In this document: positions 1 through 9,687 of the stretch, in pieces
Layout: each line of letters begins with the position of its first letter
Position numbering within the stretch: the first letter of the stretch is position 1
Origin: a virus
Length of the DNA: 64,000 nt
IMG/VR virus record: IMGVR_UViG_3300035703_000046
Location: 27,315-91,314 of that record
Direction: 5' to 3' (one strand)
Position numbers and translations under genes: made by a program
Notes under the pieces: model-generated
Database searches by the model: none
What the model was told of the DNA's origin: nothing
The model's input: only the letters and a program-made list of their open reading frames with translations

Positions 1-439
1 CTTGCTTTTCAATATCTTTCAGTCCTCTTTTTAAAGGGTCATAAATTGTAGTTAAATCCATTGACATTAATAATGAATTGCAGGTAAAATCTCTGCTTAT
101 CATTTCTTTATGTAGAGGAGATAAAGAAATTCCTACAATATTCTCTATGTTGGGAACTATAAAATTGCTACTAAAATCTAGTTTTAATCCTGGAAGCATA
201 ATGGAAGAATGACCATCATCCATTACAATGTGCTTGGCTGGAATATTTTTTAATTTTTCATGTACTTTCTTTGACAATACATGAACAGTTACATCTCCAG
301 TTGTAATATCAACATCATTTAAATGAATATTTTTATTAATTGCCTTGTCTCTGGGCAAGCCTCCGCACAAGTACGGTTGGGATAAGCCGTTCTCTATAGC
401 TGTCTCATTAATTATCTTTAAAAGATAAATTAGCTTCAT
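1..439 (-). CDS. cca: CCA-adding enzyme / poly(A) polymerase family nucleotidyltransferase (N-terminal part; runs off window start)
   Basis: Not in the ORF track. Manual translation from ATG at 439: MKLIYLL..PYLCGGLPRD..NDVDITTG..SRDFTCNSLL..IYDPLKRGLKDI, matching class II nucleotidyltransferase motifs GGxxRD, DxD and RDFTxN. Confidence 0.85.
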   Translation of the reverse strand, partial: MKLIYLLKIINETAIENGLSQPYLCGGLPRDKAINKNIHLNDVDITTGDVTVHVLSKKVHEKLKNIPAKHIVMDDGHSSIMLPGLKLDFSSNFIVPNIENIVGISLSPLHKEMISRDFTCNSLLMSMDLTTIYDPLKRGLKDIEKQ

Positions 440-443
440 TTAA

Positions 444-2096
444 TCATATTGCTGTTGTTGGTTTCGTTGAGACCGGAGCTGCTGGTGCGGCTGGAGAAGT
501 TGGTAAATTAACTGGCTGAGCAAGATCTTCCTCTACTTCAATTACTGGTTTTTCTACCTTTGTTTGTTCATCTAATTTTCTTTGTTGTTTTCTTGCTTTT
601 TCTTTATTTTCCTGATCTTCAAGAGAAGACCTTACGCCTTCTAAATCAACTGCAGAGGGGCTGGTTGAAGTTTCTTTCCCTAACAAATCTAATTCTTGCT
701 CTTTTGGATTTTTAATAGATCCCTTTAATTTGGAAAGAACTTCCTCAATACGTGTTAAGGCGTATTGATTGCTTTCTAAGCTTTTAGATGAGGCTTCTGC
801 TAGACCTGGGAAGAAAGAACTTAGATTTAATTGATCCATCATAAGATCAATAATAGCCAATTGTCTTGGAATCTCTCTAGTTCTAAATAAATTAACCAAT
901 GTATCCAGTCTTTCAATTACATCCGTAATTGTTATTCCGGATAATGCATTTTCTAATAAATCATCTGTTTTTTTATGAACTAAAGTATCTGCACTTTCTT
1001 GAGGTTCATCAACAATTTCAATTTCAGCTTTTGGAACAGCTATAGGCTTTGCAGGCACTGTCCCTGCTGCTGGTACAGGGCTTAATTCTGGAGAAGGAGC
1101 TAGTGCTGGCTCTGGCGCAGGAGCAGCCAAAGGGTCTAAGGCTTGAGCCATAACCACCATATTTTCAGAAATAGGATCGGTTCCTTCCAGCATGTCTACG
1201 ATATCATTGAAGTCAGGATCGAATTCCTCAACTTGTATCGCAAAATTATCATCTGAATTTTCATCATCAATAGCGTTTTGATCACCAAAACCACTTCCAA
1301 GTAATGATTTTGAAACTTCTGCCAAAGGATCTTTTGCAGGTTCTGCGGGAGGACCACCAGGACCAGGGGGAAGGGGAGTAATCCCCGGTGGAGGAGGCAC
1401 CGCATCCATTCCAGGTTCAAGCGGAGGAGGTGGAGGAACTGGATCTTGAGCAATTTTAATTAATTCTCTTGCTGTTTTAGGAAATCCTTTATGAGCTAAT
1501 ATATTAGCTTCTTTTATAATTAAGTCCTCTAAAATTGTTGAACTAGCATGTTTAATTGGAGCAACTTGAACTAATCGTTTTACTCTTTGCAATTCTTCTA
1601 GCCATTTATGAATTCCAACATCTAATCTTTTAGACAACTCTCTTTGGACATCTGGATCTGTTGCTAATTTTTCAGCAGACATTAATCTGCTAATAATAGA
1701 TTTAATTTTTTTATTAATTTTAAATTGAGGATCGTCTTCTTCTGGTAATTTAATATTGGGCTTTAATTCATTTAAAGCAGGTGGCTTGTTAGGTGCGATT
1801 ACGCCAGGTGCAACTGCTAAATAATTTGAATCAACCATGCCAGGTAAAAACTGAGCTGTTTTATATGAATTTTGATTATTGCCTTGGTAATATTTTACCC
1901 AATGATTGAAATCATTCTTTTCCATGCTATCCCAATTTTGTGTTAATTGTTCGCGGGTTTTTGAAATATCATAGCCTTGATTTGCATATAAATACATGGT
2001 TTCTAAAGTTTTAACCCATTTATTTATGTCATAAGACTCAATATAATCAACAGAGTAACCTTGAGGATATGCTGTTTTATTGATTTTATTACTCAT
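444..2096 (-). CDS. Uncharacterised 550-aa protein with Pro-rich/acidic linkers, probable virion/head-associated protein
   Basis: Long ORF with repeated K-x-A motifs (INKTAY, SYKTAQ, IKHAS, IIKEAN, LIKIAQ); function inferred only. Confidence 0.6.
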   Translation of the reverse strand: MSNKINKTAYPQGYSVDYIESYDINKWVKTLETMYLYANQGYDISKTREQLTQNWDSMEKNDFNHWVKYYQGNNQNSYKTAQFLPGMVDSNYLAVAPGVIAPNKPPALNELKPNIKLPEEDDPQFKINKKIKSIISRLMSAEKLATDPDVQRELSKRLDVGIHKWLEELQRVKRLVQVAPIKHASSTILEDLIIKEANILAHKGFPKTARELIKIAQDPVPPPPPLEPGMDAVPPPPGITPLPPGPGGPPAEPAKDPLAEVSKSLLGSGFGDQNAIDDENSDDNFAIQVEEFDPDFNDIVDMLEGTDPISENMVVMAQALDPLAAPAPEPALAPSPELSPVPAAGTVPAKPIAVPKAEIEIVDEPQESADTLVHKKTDDLLENALSGITITDVIERLDTLVNLFRTREIPRQLAIIDLMMDQLNLSSFFPGLAEASSKSLESNQYALTRIEEVLSKLKGSIKNPKEQELDLLGKETSTSPSAVDLEGVRSSLEDQENKEKARKQQRKLDEQTKVEKPVIEVEEDLAQPVNLPTSPAAPAAPVSTKPTTAI

Positions 2097-2802
2097 TAGA
2101 TAATACCTGATATTCTAATTTTTGAATTTCTGCACCAGTAACTTGCTTTACGCCCTCTTCATTATATTGTAATGTTGCTAGTTTTTCATTTAATTTATCT
2201 AAAAAATTAGTTGCAAATGAAGGATCCATCTCTTCCAAGACTTCGTAAATTGCATCCTGTAAAAATGTAGTTCTTTTATCAATATAATCTACAGTATGAT
2301 TGTGTTGAATAATCATATCTGGAGCTAAATTAATTGTTTTATTATATGTTTCTAATAATTTTAGATAATGCTCAAAATATTTAATTAATACGTGATCTCC
2401 CCTAGTAGCATTGGGATTGTCTTGAATAGAATCAAATACTTGTTCCATTCTATCGCGAACAAGCAATTCCATTTTATTAAGTCTATCTTTGATATCTACT
2501 TTTTCATCAAGTAAATTATCAACTCTTTGCTTCCAGGTTTTATTATTTTTTAGTGAGCTTAATGCTTTTTCATCTCCAGTTTGAGCTGCTTGCAATTCAG
2601 AATTTAAATGTTTTTCATAATTTACAAAATCGCTTTTTATAAATTGCTCAAGAATTTTTTGACTTAATCTTAAGTGATTTTCGTCTTTGTCATTAAACAA
2701 TGTTTTAAGCCAAGCAGAAATTTCTTTTGCAGAAATACCACTTAAAATTTTAGAAACTATTTCATTTCTTTTAGGATGATTTAATATTGGAGAAAAGTCC
2801 AT
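2089..2802 (-). CDS. Hypothetical protein, helical, possible N-terminal HTH
   Basis: 237-aa ORF with GAGG SD; overlaps the next gene by 8 nt. Confidence 0.65.
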   Translation of the reverse strand: MDFSPILNHPKRNEIVSKILSGISAKEISAWLKTLFNDKDENHLRLSQKILEQFIKSDFVNYEKHLNSELQAAQTGDEKALSSLKNNKTWKQRVDNLLDEKVDIKDRLNKMELLVRDRMEQVFDSIQDNPNATRGDHVLIKYFEHYLKLLETYNKTINLAPDMIIQHNHTVDYIDKRTTFLQDAIYEVLEEMDPSFATNFLDKLNEKLATLQYNEEGVKQVTGAEIQKLEYQVLSNE

Positions 2803-2815
2803 GTAACCTCAAATT

Positions 2816-2846
2816 AAAAAGCGGGATTCAAAATTGATCCCGCTTT
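2816..2846 (-). terminator. Intrinsic terminator-like hairpin
   Basis: AAAGCGGGAT/ATCCCGCTTT inverted repeat followed by a T-run on the minus strand. Confidence 0.6.
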
Positions 2847-2867
2847 ATAATATATCTATTCAAGTGA

Positions 2868-3638
2868 TTATTTTTTAGAATTAAAGCTCATTGGAACATT
2901 AACATAGGCATTATATGCTGTTTGAGATTGCAAAGAAATATCTCCACCAGGAACTTTATTTCCTTTTAAAGTAGTGAATCCATGTTTATAATCATAAGTT
3001 TTTTTATCTAAAGAGCATTGATAAACATCATCAGAAACTCTGATTAGTTGGTGCCCAGGATGATCAATGCAAGATCTTGTTTTTAAAGGAGCCTCTAAAG
3101 GCTTATATTCTTTTATATTTTTGTCTACTACTTTTGCAATTTCGTCAGCTTTAAAAGAAACTTTAACTTGCTCTGAATTTTCGGATTTGTTATTTAAATT
3201 TTTTTTTATTTCAGAAATTTTTGCTTCGTAAGCTCTTTTTTCTTCTTCTCTTGCTTCTGGAACTGCGAAAGTTAAAAGAACTTGATCAAGGACAGAAGCC
3301 TGTCTGCGAAGAAGGTTATCGCTTGATTTGGAAAACTCTTCTGCTAAAGCGGCAACGGCTTCCAAATCTTTAGGAGTAACTTCTTCTTTTTCTTCTACTT
3401 CGCCCAATTCTTCTTTTTTAGATTTGCAGAATTCTTCAAATTCTTTTCGCTCTTCTTCTCCGAGCTTGTATGAATTAGATTTGCAAATATTATCAATAGC
3501 TGTTGCGCAACCAATAAAACACCCGGCTACAGTTTGTAGCATATCGGGACTTACTTGGTCTGCCAAATCGAGAACTTCATGATCTCGATTTAAAAACATG
3601 CAACGTAACTCTTCAAGTTTTTTTAATAGTTCTAACAT
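2868..3638 (-). CDS. Hypothetical protein with C-terminal C/H metal-binding-like motif (RSCIDHPG..YQCSLD)
   Basis: Track starts at 3650; ATG at 3638 forms a TGATG overlap with the upstream stop and is the likelier start. Confidence 0.65.
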   Translation of the reverse strand: MLELLKKLEELRCMFLNRDHEVLDLADQVSPDMLQTVAGCFIGCATAIDNICKSNSYKLGEEERKEFEEFCKSKKEELGEVEEKEEVTPKDLEAVAALAEEFSKSSDNLLRRQASVLDQVLLTFAVPEAREEEKRAYEAKISEIKKNLNNKSENSEQVKVSFKADEIAKVVDKNIKEYKPLEAPLKTRSCIDHPGHQLIRVSDDVYQCSLDKKTYDYKHGFTTLKGNKVPGGDISLQSQTAYNAYVNVPMSFNSKK

Positions 3639-5257
3639 CAGCAGTTCCAATATACTTTTGAGGTTACAAAGTGAGCTGATTCTGTACCGTCTTCCATTCC
3701 TTTACGGTGAAGCGGGCGGCACTGACCAAATTTATCTTGGTACACTTTGCCTACTGGAAGACCGGTATGGCTGCAAATTAAACTTGAACTATTTGCAGTC
3801 TTTATCGTATGTGAGCATCCAGAAGATGCCTGCTTATGAAGATTAAATTCACCTTTAAGGGCTTGTTTATAAATGGCAAATGCCATGTTGTAGAAGTGAG
3901 CGTCTCCAGCTTCACGTAGAATATGAAGAGCATCTTCTGCTTTTTCAAAGTTCTCTTCTTGTAATGCTGAGGCAAGACTTAAAAATAACTCTTGTGGTTT
4001 TAAATCATAAAGAGGAGAAGCCATTGCCATAGCGGAAAGATCATTTGTTTCATTGATAATTTCAGAAATTCCCTCTGATGAGAATTCTTTAATTGCATCT
4101 TCTGCTACAACAGTTCTTGGCAATAATACGTTTGTTTGAGAGATTTTAACGGGTACTTTAAATCCTCTGCGACCATCAATAGAGGCGGCATAAACGATTC
4201 CATCTTTGTCAGATGAAGCTACTCCTACCTGAGCCTTATATCCAAACGATGCTAGTTTTCTAACAATCATTTCTCTGCCAGTGGCTACCACTTTTTTACC
4301 ATGATATAATTCAGCTTCACCAGCCTTGGAAGATAATCTCTCTCCAAGAGATTTGTACTCTTCTGGGACCTCGAATTGAGGCATAGCAACATCGGAAACT
4401 TCATTTCCTACATTGGGATTGTACAAAAGAACCCCTGGGGCGTCTAAAGAAACGCTATCGCCAGAAGCCGTTTTCATTCTAAATAAAGCTAACTCTACTT
4501 CGGATAATGGCTCGGCGGTTTTAGAAACAAAATTTAATACTTGTTCCGCATTAACCTGCATTAATTTACCTGCGTTTTTAACAAGGTAATCATCTAATAG
4601 AGATGCCGTTAGTTCAACAATTCCTTCTGGAGTAACAAAGGAAGATGGAATTGCAGGCTCACTGTCTACAATCTCTACTGGTAATAGGACTGAAGTTTCG
4701 CCTCGTGGAGTTTCAAAAGAAGCTCTACAAACAAGCCAAGTATCGTTTCCAGCAACCACTTGTGCGAGCTTTGGATTTGCACCAACAGAGCGTAAAGCGT
4801 ATGCGGTATTTCTTTCGGCAGAACTTGCTGCTGTCTTAGAGTAAGTTTTAACTACAGCATTTTTGCCATCGTTGAATAATGAAGATAATGTTTCAACTAA
4901 ATTTGAATCTACATCTTTATGAGCAATAGATAATAAATCTTCACCTTCTCTGAAATCTTTTTTAATTTCTGGAGCTTTTTCCTGAGCGCCAAGCTCTTCT
5001 GCAAAGTAAGAAGCAAACTTGTTATTATTGCTATATAAAGTGTTGTATATTTTCTTTAATTCAAAACGAGAAATCATTGGTTGGGAGCTAGCTTTTTTAT
5101 TTAAAAAGTTGCACATCCCAACGATTGTGGCGTCATATGGAAAAACCTCTGCAAGTTTTTCAGCTTTTTTAGCTAAAACACCAGTGAAGAAGCTTTCTTG
5201 TTCTTTGACTGCTTCTGCCGCTTTTAAAATAACGTTATTTAATTGATTAAAATCCAT
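3638..5257 (-). CDS. Uncharacterised 539-aa protein with internal domain duplication and K-x-A motifs, probable virion protein
   Basis: Long ORF; two PVxI-x7-P segments; SKTAAS, SKTAE, MKTAS, RKLAS, HKQAS, IKTAN. Confidence 0.6.
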   Translation of the reverse strand: MDFNQLNNVILKAAEAVKEQESFFTGVLAKKAEKLAEVFPYDATIVGMCNFLNKKASSQPMISRFELKKIYNTLYSNNNKFASYFAEELGAQEKAPEIKKDFREGEDLLSIAHKDVDSNLVETLSSLFNDGKNAVVKTYSKTAASSAERNTAYALRSVGANPKLAQVVAGNDTWLVCRASFETPRGETSVLLPVEIVDSEPAIPSSFVTPEGIVELTASLLDDYLVKNAGKLMQVNAEQVLNFVSKTAEPLSEVELALFRMKTASGDSVSLDAPGVLLYNPNVGNEVSDVAMPQFEVPEEYKSLGERLSSKAGEAELYHGKKVVATGREMIVRKLASFGYKAQVGVASSDKDGIVYAASIDGRRGFKVPVKISQTNVLLPRTVVAEDAIKEFSSEGISEIINETNDLSAMAMASPLYDLKPQELFLSLASALQEENFEKAEDALHILREAGDAHFYNMAFAIYKQALKGEFNLHKQASSGCSHTIKTANSSSLICSHTGLPVGKVYQDKFGQCRPLHRKGMEDGTESAHFVTSKVYWNC

Positions 5258-5272
5258 TTATGTTCCTAAATT

Positions 5273-5749
5273 TCATGCAAGTTCAGGATACTTTTTGTAT
5301 AATTCTTGACGTTCAGACTCAGATAATTGATTTAAAAGTCCTCTAACTAATCTCGAATTATTAGCTAGTTTATTTGGAAGATATGAAGGAACCAAATTTA
5401 CTTCATCTTCAGGCACTCCTAAATCCTGAGCAGCAAGTCTAATTATAGGCTCATTTTTATAAAAAACATGCAAGTCATTTTGTTTAGAAAGTAAAACTTT
5501 CCAATTGCTTTTGGTAGAAGCAGTCTTTTCTAATTGCTCTTCATCATAAAGGGCAATTATGCATTCGCCTTCAGAGGTCTTATCTACTCGCCACAAACCT
5601 TCAATATCTGAGCCGTCAATAAAGCGAACAATATCAAATGCTACTTTACGGATTTTGTGTTGCACATCGGCTAATTTATAAACTTTTTGCTCAGATTTAT
5701 TAATACTTTTTTCTAAGCTTGAATAATCTATTGAAGATTTGGACATCAT
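5273..5749 (-). CDS. Hypothetical protein with K-x-A motifs
   Basis: 158-aa ORF with AGGAG SD; IRKVAF, LEKTAS. Confidence 0.65.
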   Translation of the reverse strand: MMSKSSIDYSSLEKSINKSEQKVYKLADVQHKIRKVAFDIVRFIDGSDIEGLWRVDKTSEGECIIALYDEEQLEKTASTKSNWKVLLSKQNDLHVFYKNEPIIRLAAQDLGVPEDEVNLVPSYLPNKLANNSRLVRGLLNQLSESERQELYKKYPELA

Positions 5750-5819
5750 TCTCTCCTGATCATATAAAAAAATATAGCTATTATTATGTTTAAGAATTAA
5801 TAGATAATTATTATATATT

Positions 5820-6293
5820 TTAAAAACCCTCTAACTCTTCTTTTATTTCCGCTATTCTAGCTAGAATTTTCTGTATTTTAGGGTCTTTATCTACTAATTT
5901 TTTGATTCTTTTATTAGCTCCGCCATAAGATTTTTTATTTTTCTTTCCATCTTTTTTACCATAATCGGTATTTCCGTGAACGGACTTGGTAACAGAAGAC
6001 TGGTTTACATTTAATATTTTAGCTACATCAATTTGAGTCATTCCTGTAGCCAATAATTTTAAAACTTGTTGCTGTCTTGGAGTTAAATTAGTTTCTACAA
6101 TTCTCCAATACTCTTCTCTTAATTGATCGTTTAATTCTTTTAGCTCTTCTTTATAAATTGCATCATTCATAACTCCCGCAAAGCCTTGAGAGTCTGAAAA
6201 ATCAGATAAAGTATCAGAGTCAAATGGGGTTTCCATAATCACCCATTGATAACTATTGCTTCTATTTGTTGAAAAATCTCTTCGGCGGGACAT
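5820..6293 (-). CDS. Sigma-70 region 4 / LuxR-type HTH DNA-binding protein
   Basis: LTPRQQQVLKLLATGMTQIDVAKILNVNQSSVTK is a typical sigma4/LuxR HTH. Confidence 0.8.
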   Translation of the reverse strand: MSRRRDFSTNRSNSYQWVIMETPFDSDTLSDFSDSQGFAGVMNDAIYKEELKELNDQLREEYWRIVETNLTPRQQQVLKLLATGMTQIDVAKILNVNQSSVTKSVHGNTDYGKKDGKKNKKSYGGANKRIKKLVDKDPKIQKILARIAEIKEELEGF

Positions 6294-6300
6294 ACTTACC

Positions 6301-7098
6301 TTATATGTTAGCTAAAAAATTTAAATTATTATTTGATTTAATATGATCATCTATATCTTTTACATTGCTGGGTAAAGATAATTTAATTATATTAGTTTTA
6401 TCTTTGAATTTATTTTGAAGCTTTCTTATTCCCTCTTGTCCTCGCTCGTCGTTATCCAGCAAAGCATAAATCCTTAATTTCTCTCCGCCGTATTTTTTCA
6501 ATAAATAGTATTGATAATAATGTAAATCCAGCCCGCCCAAAGCCACCGAATTATAAATTCCATGAGATTGAAGTTGAATACAGTCCAATTGACCTTCAAC
6601 TAAAATTACAGATTTATAATTGGCAATTGATTCTTTTGCTTTGTTTAAACCAAATAAAATATGACTTTTGCTAAAAAAAGTATATTTATATTTATCCAAG
6701 CCTTTGGACTTATATTCTTTTTCTGAAAGCAAAGTCCTTCCAATTAGACCCACTATATTATCATACTCGTCTTGAATAGGAAAAATTAAACTATGATTTT
6801 CAAAAAAGCTATTTGTAACAATGGTATTAAAATTATCTTTTAAATTTTTTTGAAAAATTAATTTTACAGATTTTAAATCTTCAATATTAACGTTTAATTG
6901 GCTAATATTATTAGAATTAGGAAAATATCCAAATTTATAATTTTTAATAATTTTATCACTTACTCTACTTTTAATATAAGTAAAAGCATCTTTTCCACTT
7001 TCTGATTTTAAAAGCTCAGAAGAGCTAGCTATTACTTTTTGTAAAGTATTATTTGTTGATAAATAATTATTTATAAAATTATTAGTATTCATTTTCAT
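6301..7098 (-). CDS. dnaG: DnaG-type primase catalytic core (Toprim) lacking the N-terminal zinc-binding domain
   Basis: LIFPI..GLIGR, KYKY, LFGL..AK, VILVEGQLD and LDNDERGQEG motifs; no CHC2 finger. Confidence 0.85.
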   Translation of the reverse strand: MKMNTNNFINNYLSTNNTLQKVIASSSELLKSESGKDAFTYIKSRVSDKIIKNYKFGYFPNSNNISQLNVNIEDLKSVKLIFQKNLKDNFNTIVTNSFFENHSLIFPIQDEYDNIVGLIGRTLLSEKEYKSKGLDKYKYTFFSKSHILFGLNKAKESIANYKSVILVEGQLDCIQLQSHGIYNSVALGGLDLHYYQYYLLKKYGGEKLRIYALLDNDERGQEGIRKLQNKFKDKTNIIKLSLPSNVKDIDDHIKSNNNLNFLANI

Positions 7099-7421
7099 TT
7101 AGACATGTTTGCAATGAACATGTTCTTAAAATGAGAAGTGACCCTGTGCGGCTCTCGACACTCTGGACAACATAATGCATCTTTCACCAAGAGTGGAGTC
7201 ATTTTTTTACGACAATTACCACACTCCAGTGCATACGAAGAAACTGACTTCTTAACAGACCTAAATTTCTTCATTGAAAATAGGCTTTGCTTTACAAAAT
7301 TAGTAACATTTGTCATTTCGCAATCACAGTCACTGCAATAAGCTTGCCTAGTATCCTTATCAACTACTACATCGGTTACTTTTTTACAATCTTTATTTGG
7401 GCATTGTAATAAAAAACTCAT
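7095..7421 (-). CDS. Small double zinc-ribbon protein
   Basis: CPNKDC, CSDC, CGNC and CPEC pairs; ATGA overlap with the primase gene. Confidence 0.7.
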   Translation of the reverse strand: MSFLLQCPNKDCKKVTDVVVDKDTRQAYCSDCDCEMTNVTNFVKQSLFSMKKFRSVKKSVSSYALECGNCRKKMTPLLVKDALCCPECREPHRVTSHFKNMFIANMSK

Positions 7422-8266
7422 TTGACATCTTTCTCTAGAAATTTAATTAGATCACTAATATTTTCAGGATAATTTACAATTATAATTACATTATAATTTC
7501 CTGAATTTGGAAGCTTGTTTTTCACTATAACTACGTCATTGTTCTTTGAAGAAGATTTAATATCAATTTCATGTTTCCCATCAAAAAGATCCACTGATAT
7601 TTTGCCACCACGTAATGCTTCTAATAAAGAAATATGCTTTCTGACATAAATATCATTTCCCTGACGAGAGAAATTTGGGTCATCATCTATTAGAATAACA
7701 AATGAAAATTTATAATTTTTTCCAGAAATTTGTCTATCAAGTACTACCGTAGAGTTGTGTTGTATTCCCGGAACTAGTGTCAAATTCCAGTTTCCGGATT
7801 TTTTATTTTGCTTCGTATTATTGCATACTTTGCAATCAGTTTTATCTTTTGGACACTGAGAGCATGATTCTACCCAATCAACTGAAGTTTTTACCGAACA
7901 ACCCAGGATAGCGTCTTTTAAAGGTATTTTAATAGTTTTAGCTGGTACTTGGTAAAAATTCATTTGGATTTGTCTCTTAAAAAGCTCTTCTACATTAAAA
8001 GTTCTAAAATTAGAATTTCCAAAATTTACCCTGATAGTTTTGTGCTTTCCTGGATTAACGGGATTATTAATTGGTCTATTCCAATTTTTTGGTTCTTTTA
8101 AAAAACTATGTGCTTCAGAAATTTCTTTAGATTTCTTTTCCGCATCAGGAGACTTATTAACGTCTGGGTGGTACTTAGCGGCTAATTTTCTGAATTGCTT
8201 TTTTAAATCTTCTTCAGTAAACCCCTCTTTCAGCTCTAATAATAAAAGGGCTTTTTTGAAATTCAT
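7418..8266 (-). CDS. dnaJ: DnaJ-family co-chaperone
   Basis: J-domain with KYHPD, reduced Zn finger (CSQC..CKVC), C-terminal FSRQGNDIY..ISLLEALRGG. Confidence 0.9.
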   Translation of the reverse strand: MNFKKALLLLELKEGFTEEDLKKQFRKLAAKYHPDVNKSPDAEKKSKEISEAHSFLKEPKNWNRPINNPVNPGKHKTIRVNFGNSNFRTFNVEELFKRQIQMNFYQVPAKTIKIPLKDAILGCSVKTSVDWVESCSQCPKDKTDCKVCNNTKQNKKSGNWNLTLVPGIQHNSTVVLDRQISGKNYKFSFVILIDDDPNFSRQGNDIYVRKHISLLEALRGGKISVDLFDGKHEIDIKSSSKNNDVVIVKNKLPNSGNYNVIIIVNYPENISDLIKFLEKDVK

Positions 8267-8868
8267 GGCAGTTTACTCTTTTTCTTTTTTTTCTTTTTCT
8301 CTTTTTTGATCCCGGATTCTTTTTCTAATGGAAAAGATCCGCCATTATTTATGGTTAAACATGCATATGCCAATGCCACAGCAATCCCGTCTGCAACGTC
8401 ATAATTTTCCACAATAGGCTTGTTGTTTTTATTATAAACCCATGGAAATTGAATATTTAACTTACTAGCTACGGTCTCTGGAATCTTTTCTTTATCTGGA
8501 ACTTCTCCATTTTTAATCGCATGTCTAATAGTTAAGACATTTAAAAGAGTTGGAGGGGCGTTAATTTTATCATAAACCGCAAGCCCTACTGTTCTATTTA
8601 AAGAAGCTAAGCTGGTAGTAGTTTTAGCCGTGCTCTTGCCTTTCATAAATAAAATAATATCTTCTAAGGCAACGTGATCTGGCTTATATTTTTCAATTAT
8701 TTTTTCAATTGCAGATTTTGTAATTGCTAATCTTTCAATTGGATGACCTTTTTTCGGAGGCTTATAATAGCTAGCAATAACTAAATCAAATTTACCATCT
8801 AAGGTAAAATCTAAAACGCAAATTCCAATTGTATTTGTACTGGCGTCTAACCCTAAAACTCTTGGCAT
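8263..8868 (-). CDS. RuvC-like Holliday junction resolvase
   Basis: VLGLDASTNTIG, PDHVALED and DVADGIAVA acidic RNase H-fold motifs. Confidence 0.8.
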   Translation of the reverse strand: MPRVLGLDASTNTIGICVLDFTLDGKFDLVIASYYKPPKKGHPIERLAITKSAIEKIIEKYKPDHVALEDIILFMKGKSTAKTTTSLASLNRTVGLAVYDKINAPPTLLNVLTIRHAIKNGEVPDKEKIPETVASKLNIQFPWVYNKNNKPIVENYDVADGIAVALAYACLTINNGGSFPLEKESGIKKEKKKKKKKSKLP

Positions 8869-8896
8869 ATTGTGAACCTTATTAAGGATAATATAA

Positions 8897-8926
8897 CAAA
8901 AGGGATGCGAAATTAATCACATCCCT
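8897..8926 (-). terminator. Intrinsic terminator downstream of the SSB gene
   Basis: Minus strand AGGGATGTGA-TTAATT-TCGCATCCCT followed by TTTGTT. Confidence 0.65.
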
Positions 8927-8955
8927 CTTATTATTTTCACAATATGATTGTTTAA

Positions 8956-9666
8956 TCAGTCTACTGATGGAAAATCATCATCGCCATCAGCAGATGATTT
9001 TTTAACTGTAGCACCTTCAACTGAAATCTTTTTCATGATACGATCCATCTGCTCTTCCACTTGAGCAGGCGTCGGAATTACAAGATGACGTGTAAGTGTT
9101 TTATCATCCCAGTCAGCCTTAAGAGCCATTTCTTTTTCTGTAAGTGGCTCAGGTGGACCTGATGGAGTTACTGTATAGTAATTGTTTGGGTCCGCATCGG
9201 GATTCTTAACAATATCTACATCGTAACGAAATGGATTTCCCCATTTTTTGTTATCGTTAAGAGTCTTGAGATCTTTGGCAATTGCAGGGGAAGCATCAAG
9301 AAGTTTGATTTTACCAACATCTTTATGATCTGATTTGCCTTCGACATCTTTGACAAGAACTGCCATAAGGAATTTCTGCTTGGGTTTATTGCCCGCTTTG
9401 CAAAGCTGACACGATCCATGAAGCTTAGAGCATTTAACCGTATAGCCCCACTTACTAACTTTTTTAGCATCTACGCCATCACCTTCTGGCTTCCAATTAT
9501 GGAAACTGTAAGGAGCTGGAGACGTGAGAACTCGTACAGTATTTACACCTGCTTCTAGTTTGAAATAATCGCTTTCTTTATTATCGTAATTTTTCTTACC
9601 ATCTTTGGATGGAAATTTAAGATCGTCCCATGCTACAAAACCGTATGATTGATTTTCTTCTGACAT
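8956..9666 (-). CDS. Phage single-stranded DNA-binding protein (T4 gp32-like)
   Basis: YFKL..G.NTVRVL, H..C..C..C zinc ligands, GNPFRYDVDI.K...YTV, acidic tail DGDDDFPSVD; lies near RecA. Confidence 0.75.
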   Translation of the reverse strand: MSEENQSYGFVAWDDLKFPSKDGKKNYDNKESDYFKLEAGVNTVRVLTSPAPYSFHNWKPEGDGVDAKKVSKWGYTVKCSKLHGSCQLCKAGNKPKQKFLMAVLVKDVEGKSDHKDVGKIKLLDASPAIAKDLKTLNDNKKWGNPFRYDVDIVKNPDADPNNYYTVTPSGPPEPLTEKEMALKADWDDKTLTRHLVIPTPAQVEEQMDRIMKKISVEGATVKKSSADGDDDFPSVD

Positions 9667-9687
9667 AATTATCTCCTTTTTATTTGT

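Noticed and set aside
1040-1445. GC-rich stretch as a horizontally acquired segment
   Set aside because: Explained by Pro/Ala/Gly low-complexity coding in the 550-aa protein.
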